Notes: generated by a model from the letters alone, not told the origin. Positions 10,877-23,594 are shown, counted from the whole stretch's first letter. The stretch is DNA of 57,893 nucleotides, filler included, from Sphacelaria rigidula (GCA_964200075.2; 8 parts of 8 records of this genome joined end to end with filler, not necessarily neighbours in it), one strand, 5' to 3'. Made by a program: numbers and translations.

Positions 10877-12309
10877 TGCCTGGGAGAGCTCGATCAATCC
10901 TGTGAGACCATGGACTTGTCCCGAGGACGGGAAGGGGTTCAAATTTTGATAATACATAGATCGCCCCGTGTCCAGGGCGCTTCCGCTTTCATTTTTTTTC
11001 GGTGTTTGTGATGTTGCGGTCTCGGATTTCGGCGGTGAAACCCAGTGGTCTTGGCTGGGCCCTTCTACTCTAAAATGAAGGTCTGCACGGAACTATATTT
11101 GTATTTACACGTGGTATCTATCTCCTCACGGTAGGCAGTGGAGGGACTGGTGGTGTCGTTTCAGTACCAAAACGCCCAGGTCTTGTGTCTCGTTCGAATC
11201 ACGTGTTGCATGCCAATAACAAAAACTGCCTGTACTGCGATATGGTTGCGTCCTTGTATTTCTTGACAAAAACTACGGTTCCCGCGCCTCGTACACAGTT
11301 CATGATTATCAGAGCATGTCAGTGGCGTTTATATAATGCATATCCGTTTTTGAACTGGTACGGTATACTCTTTGGTACAACACGGAGCATTCGGCATTAC
11401 TAGATCGAAAAGCAAACTGGTTCACCACACCTCCAAGTGCAACAACGATGGACTCGCTGGCATCTCTTCTGCGTGTTTTCAAATAAAGCGTGATGAAACA
11501 TGAGGACCAATACCGTCGCGGGCTGCCACAGGGGAGTACAACGCTATAGTGCATAAGCGCGCTGGTACGATGTCGGCAACACGGAAAATCGCGCGCGCGC
11601 TGCTCGAAAATAGCGCGCACCGCGCGTTTGATTTAATTCAGTGTGTTTTATTTCATTCAATGCAGAGGTTACCCTCTGGGTGTGGAGCCAACACTGCGTA
11701 CCAACCGCAGTGTGACGCCTGCGGCGGTACTACCTGCTCACTGCACGGCGGCAGGGTGCAGGGTGACAAAGCACACGGCAGAACGTGACACCCTTAGCCT
11801 ATCCCTGTCCTGCATTGATTTTGCGTTGTCCTATGTAGTTCGCCACATCATGAATGCAGCCGCTTGTATCGCGGCCAACGTGTTCGCAGGATATAACCCC
11901 TCGCTACGCGCTATATTGCTACGTCGCGTTTTGTAAATCTGTCCGTGTTGCAGCTACAGCGTGCGTTTGCCCCAGGTGGCGCACGCAGGAGTGAAAGGCG
12001 AAAGGCCGCCTCCGCCGCTGTAATGGTTACCTGTATCTTGGGCGAAGCTTTATGGTGACACAGCCGCGGCTGGTGCGCCCACATATACCGAAAGGTGGAC
12101 ACCGACGTCCAGAACAGATGAGACGACAACACACACAACACACTGCCCTTGCGCAGTACACTTTCAACATCGTGTTCGTACTGACTGACTGTAGAGATCT
12201 TCTGTCCACGGTTGGGTACATTCCCATATATAATACAGGGTCTGGTACATCTCCACTCACAATGTAACGGAGGGTCTAGTCCATTTCTACATGTAAAGTT
12301 ATGTAATGT

Positions 12310-12615
12310 TACTCACTGATATCGTGAAAACAGTCCGCAATATCTGGGCGAATTGCACGTGAGGCCGTCGCCCAAATATTCACCTGCAAACTCTGCTTCA
12401 GTACACTGTAAGTTGATATCGTGAGAAGTACACTACCATAACCACCTTGCCGACTGCTATAATCACCTTGCCGGCCGCCGGACTGTAAGGACGTAGGATC
12501 CGCTAGCATTGCTACTCTCTGTACGAGGGTGTTGCCCCCTTGTCGGGTACGTTTTGGAGCATGATACAAGATGTAGATCATCCTTGTGCGTAGGCACCAA
12601 ACGCTGGGGGTTCTT
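12310..12615 (-). pseudogene. Possible piggyBac-like transposase relic
   Basis: Across frames: VWCL..RMIYILY...TLVQRVAMLADP...GKVVMVVYFS...IWATASRAIR; order and spacing resemble the piggyBac core (W.L..tgYil...v.mDnyFts...giwatGTvR); heavily decayed. Confidence 0.3.
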
Positions 12616-13425
12616 ACTCAAGACTTAAATTTGGAGGATGGTACTAGGTAGGCAGCGGCAACTGCTGTGTCCAGGTGCCCCTTGGAGCAAGATGCGTTTG
12701 ATTTCTGTTTGACAAAGTTATCCCCCAAACCCCGAAATCGATAGGGGTTTCAGATTGGGAAAATGTAGCAAAAACAATGTCGCAAGAATCGATTCGCAGA
12801 AATCACGTCGCAGAAATCAAGTCGCAAAAACCCATATCGGAAAAACGGAGTCGCAAATAACCGGTTAGTCGAATTTTTATCTGCGGCAGAAACTAAAATC
12901 AATGTGTGAAATTGGAACAACGAAAGCATGGTATATTGTTTCAACCGACTGATTCGCCGTCTGTGCTGCTTTTGCTGTACCGTTTATACCAGCGCTTTCA
13001 TCAGCGGCTGAATACGACCGTGCAAAGCAATCGGTGAGTCTTCGCTCTCCACTGCACACAGTCGTTTGTACAGTCTATTGTAGGCTGTTTCTATCTCTAC
13101 AACATCCATCTCTGCTTGGTGTTCTCTAACAACAGAACAGTGTGCAGTCATCTTGACAGCGCAATAGGGACTTAACACGGGGCGAAGACAATTTGACATT
13201 GTTGATAGCACCGTGCCTAGTTTAGGCGCCGTGCTCGTCCTTCGAGGATTTTCTTTTTTATGGAAAGTCGGGGAAGGCACGGCACGGGTGTAATTCGTGC
13301 GCAAAAAACATGGCCCGGGCAGATTGCATCTCAACTCCCACCGGCGGAGTACTGGTATATTTTATTTTTAATGCTCACGTCACATTGGCTCGATTCCTCG
13401 AACACTCTAGTTCGCTCCCTCTGAA

Positions 13426-14099
13426 CCGTGGTCACGGGGTGCAAGGAGCATACCACCCATAACAGTAAAACCGAGAGTTGACAGAGGAAGGTTTTACACA
13501 AACTCGGTATAAAAGAAGAACGAGCCTGCGAGAACCGATCGAACTACAAGGAACACACTGCAAGCTGAACAATTGCCGGTGTGCGATCTAGATTACCACC
13601 TTGCCACCTACCGCCGTTTCGACGTGTAGTAAGAGCAAACGCATGAATCGAAATGTCGCAGGCAACAAGAACCAACCCCTAATAGACCTAGTAATATTAG
13701 AAAAGATCCCAGGTTCAAGGAAGTGAGGAAATGGCTTCATCACCGAAGCATCAATTGTAACATCAACTGACCTGACTCAACATCAATATCAAGCGCCTTG
13801 ATCACCCTACGAGTATTACTAGTTCAGTGTAACTTTCCTGAGCTAATCCAAGTTCGAGAAACTTGATCTTGCAGCCCTAAAATCAGATAATTCGTCATCT
13901 TTAAACTAGCACCATATAGAACTTAGGACACTCTTCCCCCCCCCGTGACTTTCCGAGGAGTGGAGTTGTCGTTTCTCGAGGCAAACACCTCCTTTTTTGG
14001 AACAAGTGCCGCTGGAAAACAGACAAGAGCTCAGCACGGGTGTCGTAGAAGCAGATTTGGTACACCTTATGAAGTCTTCGTCATTATCCCCCGCTGACA
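13426..14099 (+). repeat. LTR-like interspersed repeat; inverted homologue at about 27749-28340
   Basis: CCGTGGTCACGGGGTGCAAGGA at 13426 matches the reverse complement of 28318-28339; shared internal blocks (CCCAGGTTCA, TGGCTTCATC, AACATCAACTGAC, TTGATCACCCTA). Confidence 0.65.
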
Positions 14100-14360
14100 G
14101 GTCAAAGAGGGGGTTTGACGTAGGGGGGGTCTGCGTTCGCTGCAAGGGTGGGACCTGTTCTCGTCCGCTTTGACTAGGGTCTCAACGCAGTTGCGATCGT
14201 CGGTGTGAGCGTTTATTCTGTCTTTACCGCCGGTGGGGTCGGTCATGCGGTGGTACGGAGTGCTGACACCGATGTCCACGCCACACGCAAGGCAGAGGAA
14301 GGGTGTAATGCGTGAGAGGACCGCGTGCTTAGAGGACCGTATCGGAATTTGAACATCCCC

Positions 14361-14400
14361 AGGGTTAGGGTTAGGGTTAGGGTTAGTGTTCGGGTTATGG
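14361..14400 (+). repeat. Short (TTAGGG)n tract, degenerate towards the contig end
   Basis: AGGGTTAGGGTTAGGGTTAGGGTTAGTGTTCGGGTTATGG. Confidence 0.85.
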
Positions 14401-14570
14401 NNNNNNNNNNNNNNNNNNNNNNNNNNNNNNNNNNNNNNNNNNNNTTAATTAATTAANNNNNNNNNNNNNNNNNNNNNNNNNNNNNNNNNNNNNNNNNNNN
14501 CTCTCTTTCTCGCTCTTATCTCTCCTCTCACTCATCGCCTCCATCTGACATGCTTGCTCGTGATGGGCGG

Positions 14571-14622
<52 letters not shown>

Positions 14623-14822
14623 GAGGGAAGTCAACCGCATGCACCACGATCTACATAACTGTTCGCCGACAGGACAGACGGGAAACGCCACACCAGAGCT
14701 ACTGCAAATACACTGCACGAACAGCAACGCTTGGCCCGAAAAATGATGTAACTCCACTATGCTACTGCACATGGCTCAGCATTTGGCTAAGTACAGCATA
14801 ACAAATGAAATGGCGATCCACC

Positions 14823-15002
14823 TTTGCAGCACAACACAAATCGAGAAAGCACAGCACACAAGCAAGAGTAGTCTGAGGTGGTTCTCTTGTGTTGTTGAAA
14901 AAGCAACATGATGTTTGCAGCACAACACAAATCGAGAAAGCACAGCACACAAGCAAGAGTAGTCTGAGGTGGTTCTCTTTTGTTGAAAAAGCAACATGAT
15001 GT
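14823..15002. repeat. Tandem duplication of about 90 bp
   Basis: TTTGCAGCACAACACAAATCGAGAAAGC...AAAAAGCAACATGATG twice. Confidence 0.92.
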
Positions 15003-15585
15003 GATCACGTCTTCAGCAACATCCCACTCGCGGGGAAACCGAAACCAAACGTTGATCTGGGCCTTTACCCGCGATTACAGATCTACTATTCAAACGGCGA
15101 GGCGGCCATCTATCCACGGTTGATAACACTCGACTTGCGTACGGACACCGAAATTCGGATCTTCAGTGGGATTTGTTTACAGCTCCGAGTGCTCACCAGC
15201 GTGGGCATAACCCATTTTTGTTCAAATCGGCGCCACCGGCTGCGTAGGCCCTAGGGCCAAAGGCGATGAGAGTAAGTAGGGCATCGTGTGCACTGCGTAA
15301 TGCTGACAGGGGGGTTTAGTGTGTTCAACCCCCACACTGCCTTGGGCGACGCTTTCCGAACAATCGAGGCGTCTACCCCACATGACTGCCGTGAGGAGGT
15401 CTGGCCACGAGCCTCCGGGGAATCGGCACTTTGTACTGGCCATCTGATTCGGATGCCTTCCGTGGTCACAGGCTAACTACCAAGCTGGGGTACAAGAGAG
15501 TCAAAAATAAAGTCAGACCCAGAAAAAATTCAACCAGACGCGATACAAGACGTGTGCACTTGGAAATATATATATATATATATAC

Positions 15586-15686
15586 ACAAGGGGTTCGGCG
15601 GCTTCCGCCGCCACGCTCAATGAGANNNNNNNNNNATGAGATCGATAGCCAAGGTACATGAGGACCGGTCGTCGTTGCTCGCATTA
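15586..15686 (-). mobile_element. Helitron-like 3' end next to (TA)n
   Basis: Reverse complement of 32927-33010: hairpin GGCGGCGGAAGCCGCC, then GAACCCCTTGT and a TA run. Confidence 0.6.
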
Positions 15687-15744
15687 GGTGACGGAACAGA
15701 TCATAGCTTCAAGTGCAGTATAATGCGCTGTGTGCATACTATGG

Positions 15745-16330
15745 AGACCCGTGTCCCGGGGGCAAGGTATGAAGAAGAGGCTTAATGATGTTTTGACGAT
15801 TGTACCGATACGGTAGAACGGGCAAAAGACTACCTCCATCGTCGAAGAACAGATACGAAGACACTCATTCACGTTTTCCAACCACAGCAACGAATAGGAA
15901 CCCGATACCCGGGGACACAAAGACTTGCGACGGACACACACGAGTGTTCGCAACCATGAGTCCAGTACTATTGCACCACAGAAACGCCCATCGTACGGAA
16001 CAGGGTCCAGAAACAGCAACTGAAAAGGTAAAAAATATGCATTCCCCCTCCTTCGTGGGCAACAACGAAGCAGGCAATACCCGCAATGTAGTGGATATAT
16101 AAGAGAAACGGAAGGAGGAAGACAATAATCGACCAACAGTAGCGACCGATAACCCCCAAAACACGGTAAACGACGACCACGAATTCAACATGACAGATTA
16201 TCCCGTCGTGCGGAAGTCGTCCATAAACAGCAAAGAACACTCGACCAACAGTAGCGATCGATATCTCCCGAAACACGGACAACCCCGGATCCAACATCAC
16301 AGACATAACCTATTGTACGAAACAGGCTCC
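15745..16330. repeat. Interspersed repeat with internal sub-repeats; inverted homologue at about 31540-31845
   Basis: Shared blocks TGTCCCGGGGGCA, TATGAAGAAGAGG, CGTCGAAGAACA, CATTCACGTT, ACACAAAGACTTG, GCAACCATGAG. Confidence 0.75.
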
Positions 16331-16872
16331 AGAAATAGCAGGACAGTTGAGCACACGACAACCGCGACGTGGCATTTCCCCGGCTCTTCCGCCATGATCA
16401 GTGGATCGACAGCCAAGGCACATGTGCACCGGTGATAGCTGTGTGCGTGTGTGTAAGCTCATGGACTGAGCACGGTAGCAAATCTGGATCATGGACACTT
16501 TTTTATTGAGTGAAATTAATGCCACTTCAACAGATTGCCTCATTTTCGCCGTCAAATGGTTGACGGAAAGCGGCGGGAAAAAATTGTTGTGTCTTCTGAG
16601 TGTTTCATGAGCATAATGCCGGTTCGATTTTCAAAAAACCTTTTTGTTTGTTTCGTTTTCAGGCCGAAGAGCAACATGGATGATGACTATGTACGAAGGC
16701 TCAAAACAACGCATCACAATCAAAAGTGAACCTGAGGAACTGACCGCCCCCGCAAACCAAGAACCCATATAGTGGCAACGAATTTGACCATTTGACCGCT
16801 ATGATGGGTTTTATGTTGTTAAATCGGCATCAGTTACTTGGACTTCACAAATTACAGCGTGGTCCAGATTAA

Positions 16873-17032
16873 CCCTTTTGTGACGGGATCCCCAGAAACA
16901 TGTGATATGCACGCAGGGGTCTTTGTATGAATCGACATCATTTTTAATCGTTTCCAACTAAAGATATTACCGATTCATGGAAACGCCCCTGCGTGCAAAC
17001 CACATGTTTCTAAGATTCCGGTCCCAAAAGGG
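16873..17032. mobile_element. piggyBac-type MITE (160 bp, long imperfect TIRs)
   Basis: TTAA|CCCTTTTG...CAAAAGGG|TTCA; inverted arms of about 65 bp; a matching right end CCAAAAGGG|TTAA lies near 50793-50805. Confidence 0.8.
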
Positions 17033-17243
17033 TTCAAACAGGACAAATGAAGTGAAGTCGAGACCATAATGCGATATCCATGCTGATACAGTACTTGTGT
17101 ACCTTACGTGTAACACAGAAGGAAGGTCAACACATGAAATTCTGTGGTGGTCGCCTTACTTTTTCATCGCGAGAGGGGTTCAGCGGTCCATTTCGCTCGT
17201 CGACCGTGAAACCGAATTCTGTCTACTCACGACAAAGTGTAAA

Positions 17244-17544
17244 CAATGTTTTCGTGAGATTGAGAATAGAAGATACGATCGAGAGTGAAGAGCGGTCAAT
17301 TAGTCAATGAATCGTTTCAGTTCCGGAATGCCCCTCCACGAGGCTCAAGATGCTCTCTGTACTGTAGGAGCTTGCCACTGAGACCCTTGATATCCCTGAG
17401 CAAGATATCGACGTGTAGCTGTATACACACGTCAGTGCCAGAGGCGAAGAAAAGCAGGCACGGAATGAAAAACTGGCTTCGTTGAAGCGAATAGTCAAAA
17501 CCACTCTCAATCAGCGCTCTACTCTCGATCTCACGAAAACATTG
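17244..17544. mobile_element. hAT-like MITE nested in a SINE; second copy at 21244-21520
   Basis: TIRs CAATGTTTTCGTGAGAT and ATCTCACGAAAACATTG; SINE halves at about 17115-17235 and 17545-17682; the second copy is flanked by ATACGAAA and ATACGAGT (6/8 match). Confidence 0.8.
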
Positions 17545-17939
17545 TAGTCGCCGTCCACTGTTGAACATGGTGTCAGATAAAATTCCAGATTCCAGATCGT
17601 GTGACTGCACTGAGGTTCGAACCGACGACCCAATCGCCAAAAGGTTTGGGGGTTACCAACTGAGCCACCAGAGCGACCGTCTGCCGACTAAAACATGAAA
17701 AATAGAAGCCGGCACCTCATGACGAAAAAACGCATGTATGGCAGAGCAGAAGCAGCAGCAACAACAACAGCAGTCCAGATACAGGAAATGGGAAGCACTC
17801 GAGACGATTCGTGATGCGGGCAAGATCACAACATGCTTCCGGTGTGCGCCGAAATTGGACGGAGAGTCATTCCGCGATTCAATTTTCAAGTGACCTTTAT
17901 ACGGTAAGAGGTGGCATCTCCGACGGTCAAAGGGTCACA

Positions 17940-18331
17940 AAGAGACGCCATTTCGACGTATTCTAAAAGCAAGTGAAAAAGTGCACCTGTCTCAGAGCCT
18001 CTGGGAACGATTCTGACAGTCCTGCGTGCGGTGTGACATGGACGCACGAAGGGTCTACCGCCATGACGAGGAAAGAAGGCGGAAAGCACCATGCAGAGCA
18101 CTGCCGTGGAAGCGATGCTCGCGAAACCTACCGGAGGGGCATCATGCAATGCTGCTTTGTCAGAGCTTGAGAGAACGAAATGACCCCGTTCGCTGTACTC
18201 TAAAATCAAGTAAGAGCAAATGCTGGTCTCTCAGAGCTTGTGGGAACGACGGGATGACCCCGTTTAGCCGTACTATAAAACCGGGTGAAAAAAGTGCACC
18301 TGCATCCAAGGCTCTTCAACGGCGAAAAAGG
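17940..18331. mobile_element. Non-autonomous element with a TTAA-flanked end; inverted homologue at about 30533-31175
   Basis: AAAAAAGTGCACCTGCATCCAAGGCTCTTCAACGGCGAAAAAGG|TTAA; reverse complement at 30535-30580. Confidence 0.7.
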
Positions 18332-20574
18332 TTAATGAATTGATTGATACAAGGTTTTTGGCGCTTCGCGCCACCGCTCAATGGAGCGTTACCCAAAGCA
18401 AAGGATAACGTGGAGTGTTCGGTGCTGAACCTATGATTTGCAGATGATTCGATATCCTGAAGGAAAAAACGGAATCCAAGAAAGAGGATGCGTGTGGGTT
18501 GGCGATCGCACAGCGGGCGTAGAACTTTCCGAGTGAGCGAAATAAGACCACATGCCCGCGAAAAAAATAAACCCCATCTCGTTGCAAAAGTTACCTGCCA
18601 GCAGGGCTCCGCGCCCGCGGGGTAACATGGGCATTAAAGTGCGCAACTTGATTCAAGTACTGTAGAGGGCGTTCATCTGTTCAAGAGTCATGGCCTGCAG
18701 AACTCTTCAGAATTAAAAAAAAAAACATTAGGGAATTACACCGAGGCAGTGTTGTACTGCTGATAAATGTAACGAAGGCTGCCGTGATTTACGGTGATAC
18801 CATGATACGACTTCGGGTACTTGCGGCTTGCCCTGTTATTCAGTTGGACATACTGTAATTACCATTGCAATGCACTTCTGCACCGTACTATTTGTACAGT
18901 CACATGTTCCTCTGTAGCTACTGTCTGCTACAGTAAATACCCCACTTTGATCAATTTGTACCGCGGCACTCTACTATCGAGCTTGCATTGCACTGTACTC
19001 TACTGCACCGCACTGGGATGTACCTTAACTACTCTCAGTAGCAGCACTGTGTGATGAACGTAGCAATTTCAACAATGCAGTAGGTGCGTTATCGTAACTC
19101 CCCTGTACCGATGCGCATTGGTCCATTCGTCTGTTTTCGAAGCACTCATGAGTCGGTAAGACCTGCGGCTGATCACTGCGACCGAAAAAATCGACGTCAA
19201 GCCACGTCATATCAGCTTCCAATATGAAGTGAAGTTTTAATGCTTCCATTCTGCACTACGAATATGCTCAGGATTTGTTTCCCCCGAAACTCTCTAATTT
19301 TGCTTGATAATTCCAATCCATAGCTACCGGTCAATGGCACCGTGGCCTTTCCGACTGCCTCACCGTTTCACAGGGAGGTCAAGAAGATTATACTGACTGT
19401 AGCTTGGACCGACAAACACGTGCAGGCAATATCATCTTGTTCACTTCACGGGGTGATTGCTTGGCATGGGAGCGAGGGATGGGTAAATCGACTGAAGTCG
19501 GGTAATGAAGCCGCTTGCTCGTGTCCAACGAACAATCTCTCCGAAAAAGCCTGTTTGATGATTCAGTGCCGATTTCCGCTGGGATACGTGGTACGGCGGA
19601 TAATGCCACCTCATAAAGAATTGCTACTGTATTCTCTGGGAGAGTTGTAGCCCACTTTTCCGAACTTTCGTGCGCCCGGTTCGACTTTTGACCGGATGAA
19701 TAATTTGTCGACCAGTCCACGAAAACGGTTTCGCAATTGACTACAAACAAGCTAAAATTATCGGCTAAAAGTCAAAGTGGACGTACGAAAAGGTCGGAAA
19801 TGGCGCTGGAACCCTCTCGGAAAAGCACAGAAAGACTTCTCGAAATGTGACAATCGGCAAAGCCTCGAACTACTCGTGCTACTATTGTACCCTGAGGAAG
19901 AATGGCGCTGAATCGCCCAACAAATTGTATTAGTACGACGTGCGGCTTTTTTGGAGAAATTATATTGATACCTCTGATGAAATTTCGCTCGAGTTTTCGC
20001 GCGACGATTTTGTGACCCATTCTCACCGCACATCAGTTACATGCCGATACAGTACAGTTCGTGGTTCTTCTTGTATCACAAGAGTTTCTTCAGTGCCAGA
20101 GACGATGCACATTCCGCAACAACACCCACCATCCAAACAAACGGTTAATAATATCTGAGACGGAAGCAAACACCACCAAGTAGAAATTCCGCAAAGCACT
20201 CGCTCCATCTTCAGAGGAAAAATCACGCCAAACGTTGTCACGAGCAAAAGTAGAACGATCTAAAGTACTCCACCTGTTCCCAATATGAAACCTTTGGCCT
20301 CGAGCATAGAAAGGCCATGTGTTTGATCAGCATCAAATTAACTTGGAAAATGAAAACATAGAACAACATGTTTGTAACTTGGAAAATGATATTAGTTGGA
20401 TTTTTTTCCCGGAAGGGAAGGCTTTCCGTGATTGACACCAACGCGGTCGGATCGTCCGAAACGGCCGTCACCCCGCTGAAAGCCCGTTATCTGACGGGAA
20501 TTGTGGTGCGAGAATAATTGAATTAGACTTGGTCAGTACAGAGTTATACGGAAAAATCTGTCCAAATTAGGGGG

Positions 20575-20641
20575 CGTACTCATTTGTTGCTTGCCTTAGT
20601 CGTTTGACCATTGACCACGCATCCCTTTCGAGACGGAGCAC
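20575..20641 (-). mobile_element. 67-bp 5'-truncated retroposon insertion with a 13-bp TSD
   Basis: CCAAATTAGGGGG at 20562-20574 and 20642-20654; the insert matches the 3' end of 36310-36910. Confidence 0.88.
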
Positions 20642-21750
20642 CCAAATTAGGGGGGGAAACAAATGCACATTTCAGCCGTATCTCATGGAAGGCGCCACCG
20701 CCATTTTAAATCTGATTGCGCTCAACTCCCTTGAGATCACGGGCCTTCAGGGGGGTGACGGCCGTTTCGGGCGATTAGACCGCCTTGTTATAAATAACGA
20801 AAAACCTCCCGTTCCCAATGCAAAATCCGTTTTGAATCTAGCAAACATGTTATCATAGCCAGATGATCTACCTACCCCCGCGGTCAAACTATTGAACGAT
20901 TCCGTTCAAGCTTTGGTTCGTGGCCGAACTCCTCGTACAAATATCGAAAGGTATGCCCCATGTGTTGGGCATCAAATCACAGCTGCTTCCGGAAACAAAA
21001 TGCCCTTCATGACGCAGAAAACGACTGGTGGATCACACCATTCAATTCAACGCGAAAAAATTAATTCTCTGGCAATTAGATGTTCGGACATAGTACACCA
21101 CTACACGATTTGCAACTGCGTGTGTACTGCAGTACTGTGCCATTTTTGCTTCATCTCACCGTACGACTCTTTTACTGTCCCCACGAGCGCAGTGGCCATG
21201 GCTTACTCGGTGCGCTCGGATATAGATGCGTGGATATACGAAACAGTGTTTTTGTGATATTGAGAGTGAAAAGCGGTCAATCAGTGAATGCTTTGTTTCA
21301 GTTCCGAAATGCCCGTAGACGAGGCCCAATATGCCTTCTGTAGTAGCTTGGCACTGAGGCCCATGACATCCCTGAGTAGGATATTGACGTGTAGCTGTAA
21401 GCACACGCCAGTGATGGAGGGAAAGAACATCACACACGGAATAAATAATTGGCTAAGTTGAAGCGACTGATCAAATCTGCTCTCAATCAGCGCTCTACTC
21501 TCAAAATCACCAAAACCTTGATACGAGTAGTGTGCTGATGCATGTGTCGTGTTAACCCTTAGACCGCGAGGTTAGTCGTGTTAACCCTTAGACCGCGAGG
21601 TTAGTCTTCTGTTGAATCGGCATCACTTTCAAGTGAACTAAAGTATGCATNNNNNNNNNNNNNNNNNNNNNNNNNNNNNNNNNNNNNNNNNNNNTTAATT
21701 AATTAANNNNNNNNNNNNNNNNNNNNNNNNNNNNNNNNNNNNNNNNNNNN

Positions 21751-22183
21751 ATTTTTTCATCGCGAGGGGGGTTCAGCGATCCCTTTCCCTCGTCGACCGT
21801 AGAGTCGAATTTTGTGTATCCACGACATCGTCGCTCCCCACTGTAGTATGGACTTGTATTTCCTCGAGAAAAGAGGCGTTCCTATATCCCCACTCACCAC
21901 GCCAAAACGTTCATATGTGGGCGCATTAGCCAGGATCACACAGGAGGAAGGTCAACACAGGAGTTTTGTTTGTTTTTGTTTGTTTTTAGTATTCCACCTT
22001 CCTTCTGCGGCGCTTGCCTCTATTTTTTATCGCGAGAGGGGTTCAGCAGTCCCTTTCTCTCGTCAACCGTAGAGTCGAATTTTGTGTACGCACGACCTAG
22101 TCGCTCTCCACTGTAGTATGGACTTGTATCTCCTCGAGAAGAGAGGCGTCCCTATATCCCCACTCACCACGCCAAAACGTTCC
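21751..22183 (-). repeat. SINE fragments within a tandem duplication of about 270 bp
   Basis: 21751-21912 is repeated at 22022-22183; matches the SINE body CGCGAGAGGGGTTCAGC...TCGTCGACCGT. Confidence 0.8.
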
Positions 22184-23318
22184 ATGTCTATATGTGGTTC
22201 AACCGGCCAGGCTACCGCCTCTTCCCGCCGCCACCCGTCGGCTGAGATGGGAGGGGGTGTTAAGATACGTGATCTGATTGATTCGAACTACTCTCCGTGT
22301 GTCGACTGTCGACAAACGGTGAACGTACGGGCGCTTTTGGTCGCAACGTCCGCGGGCAGTGGAGACGTATCTCGGCTTCCACGGTGACAAATGGAGACTG
22401 TACAGGTGTGACCTTGCACTACTGAACTGTCTGTGCTTGAAGAGCTGCGCTTCGCACGGGGTTTGACAAGCGGATAAGAAGTGTTGACGCCGTATCCTGA
22501 TGGGATGGTAATTTTATGTTGCACTACAGTTTGTGTATGTTGTCGTACCATCTATTCTGGGGGTTGGTTTCAAGGCACATATGTTCGGATTTCGTGTAGT
22601 GTGTTGTGTTGTCGTCCCATCTATTCTGAATGCCGGTCTACACCTTTCGGTACATGTGGGCGCATCACCCGGGGTCACACAGGAGGAGGATCAACACAGG
22701 AGCGTTTATTTTTTTGTTTGTTTTTAGTACTCCACCTTCCTTCTGCGGTGCTTGCCTTTATTTTTTGTCGCGAGAGGGGTTCAGCAGTCCCATCCCTCGT
22801 CGACCGTGCAGGCTGGGCCAGCAAAGAGTGCCGCATTTGCATCTTCAACCGTAACTCCTCAAGTGTACCAAATCAGCTCGACTTGAGCATATCGCTGTGA
22901 ACTGTAGACCAAGTTGCGTGCACGCTCATGGATAGTGCAGCAGGAAGTACAAAGCTGCACGTTGCTGAATGAAGTCCTTTTCACGTTGCATTGTAAGCAG
23001 AGAAAATTGATAGTCCTGGGCAGTCTGCACTGCACGTTGCCCGCTTCTCCTTTATACCCTCCTGCACGAAACACGCACACACGCACTCAAGACACCCTAC
23101 TTGCAAGAAGTGCAGACAGTACAGACTGTCGGTACTGTACACGAGTGACCATGTACCGTTTCACGATTTTCACTGTCTTTCTTCGATCGAAAGCTTTGAA
23201 ATCCATCTGGATCCAACTGCATCGAAACGAGAATTTTTCTCTCGCATCACTTCCACCGCCTCATTTTTTCGATCGAAAAGTAAAGTGCGAAGACAGGCTC
23301 TGAAAATACTTTTTTCGC

Positions 23319-23594
23319 ACAGAGGAAGGCTAACACAGGAGTTTTTCCTTTCTCAATTTTTTTGAGCACCCCACCTTCCTTCTGCGGTGCTTGCCTCTTT
23401 TTTTACCGAGAGAAGGGTCCAGCGGTCCCTTCCCTCGTCGACCGTAAAGTCGAACTGTGTGTACTCACGACATAGTCGCTCTTCACTGTTGGGCATGGTG
23501 TGGGAGAAAATCCCAGGTCTTCCCGAGATTTGAACCCACGTCCTAGCCGTCAGAAGGTTTTGAGGTTATCATCTGAGCCACCGGGGCGACCGGC
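23319..23594 (-). mobile_element. tRNA-derived SINE (other copies at 47826-48193, 22600-22808, 17115-17682, 12060-12142)
   Basis: The minus strand starts GCCGGTCGCCCCGGTGGCTCAG (A box) ... GTGGGTTCAAATCTC (B box); body conserved across contigs. Confidence 0.82.

Noticed and set aside
14550..14801. Poly-Gly and poly-Pro ORFs
   Set aside because: Translation of a roughly 50-nt G homopolymer near a contig end
23520..23594. tRNA gene (also 10596, 27598, 48120)
   Set aside because: A and B boxes are present but no convincing cloverleaf; multi-copy with a shared non-tRNA body, so SINE heads
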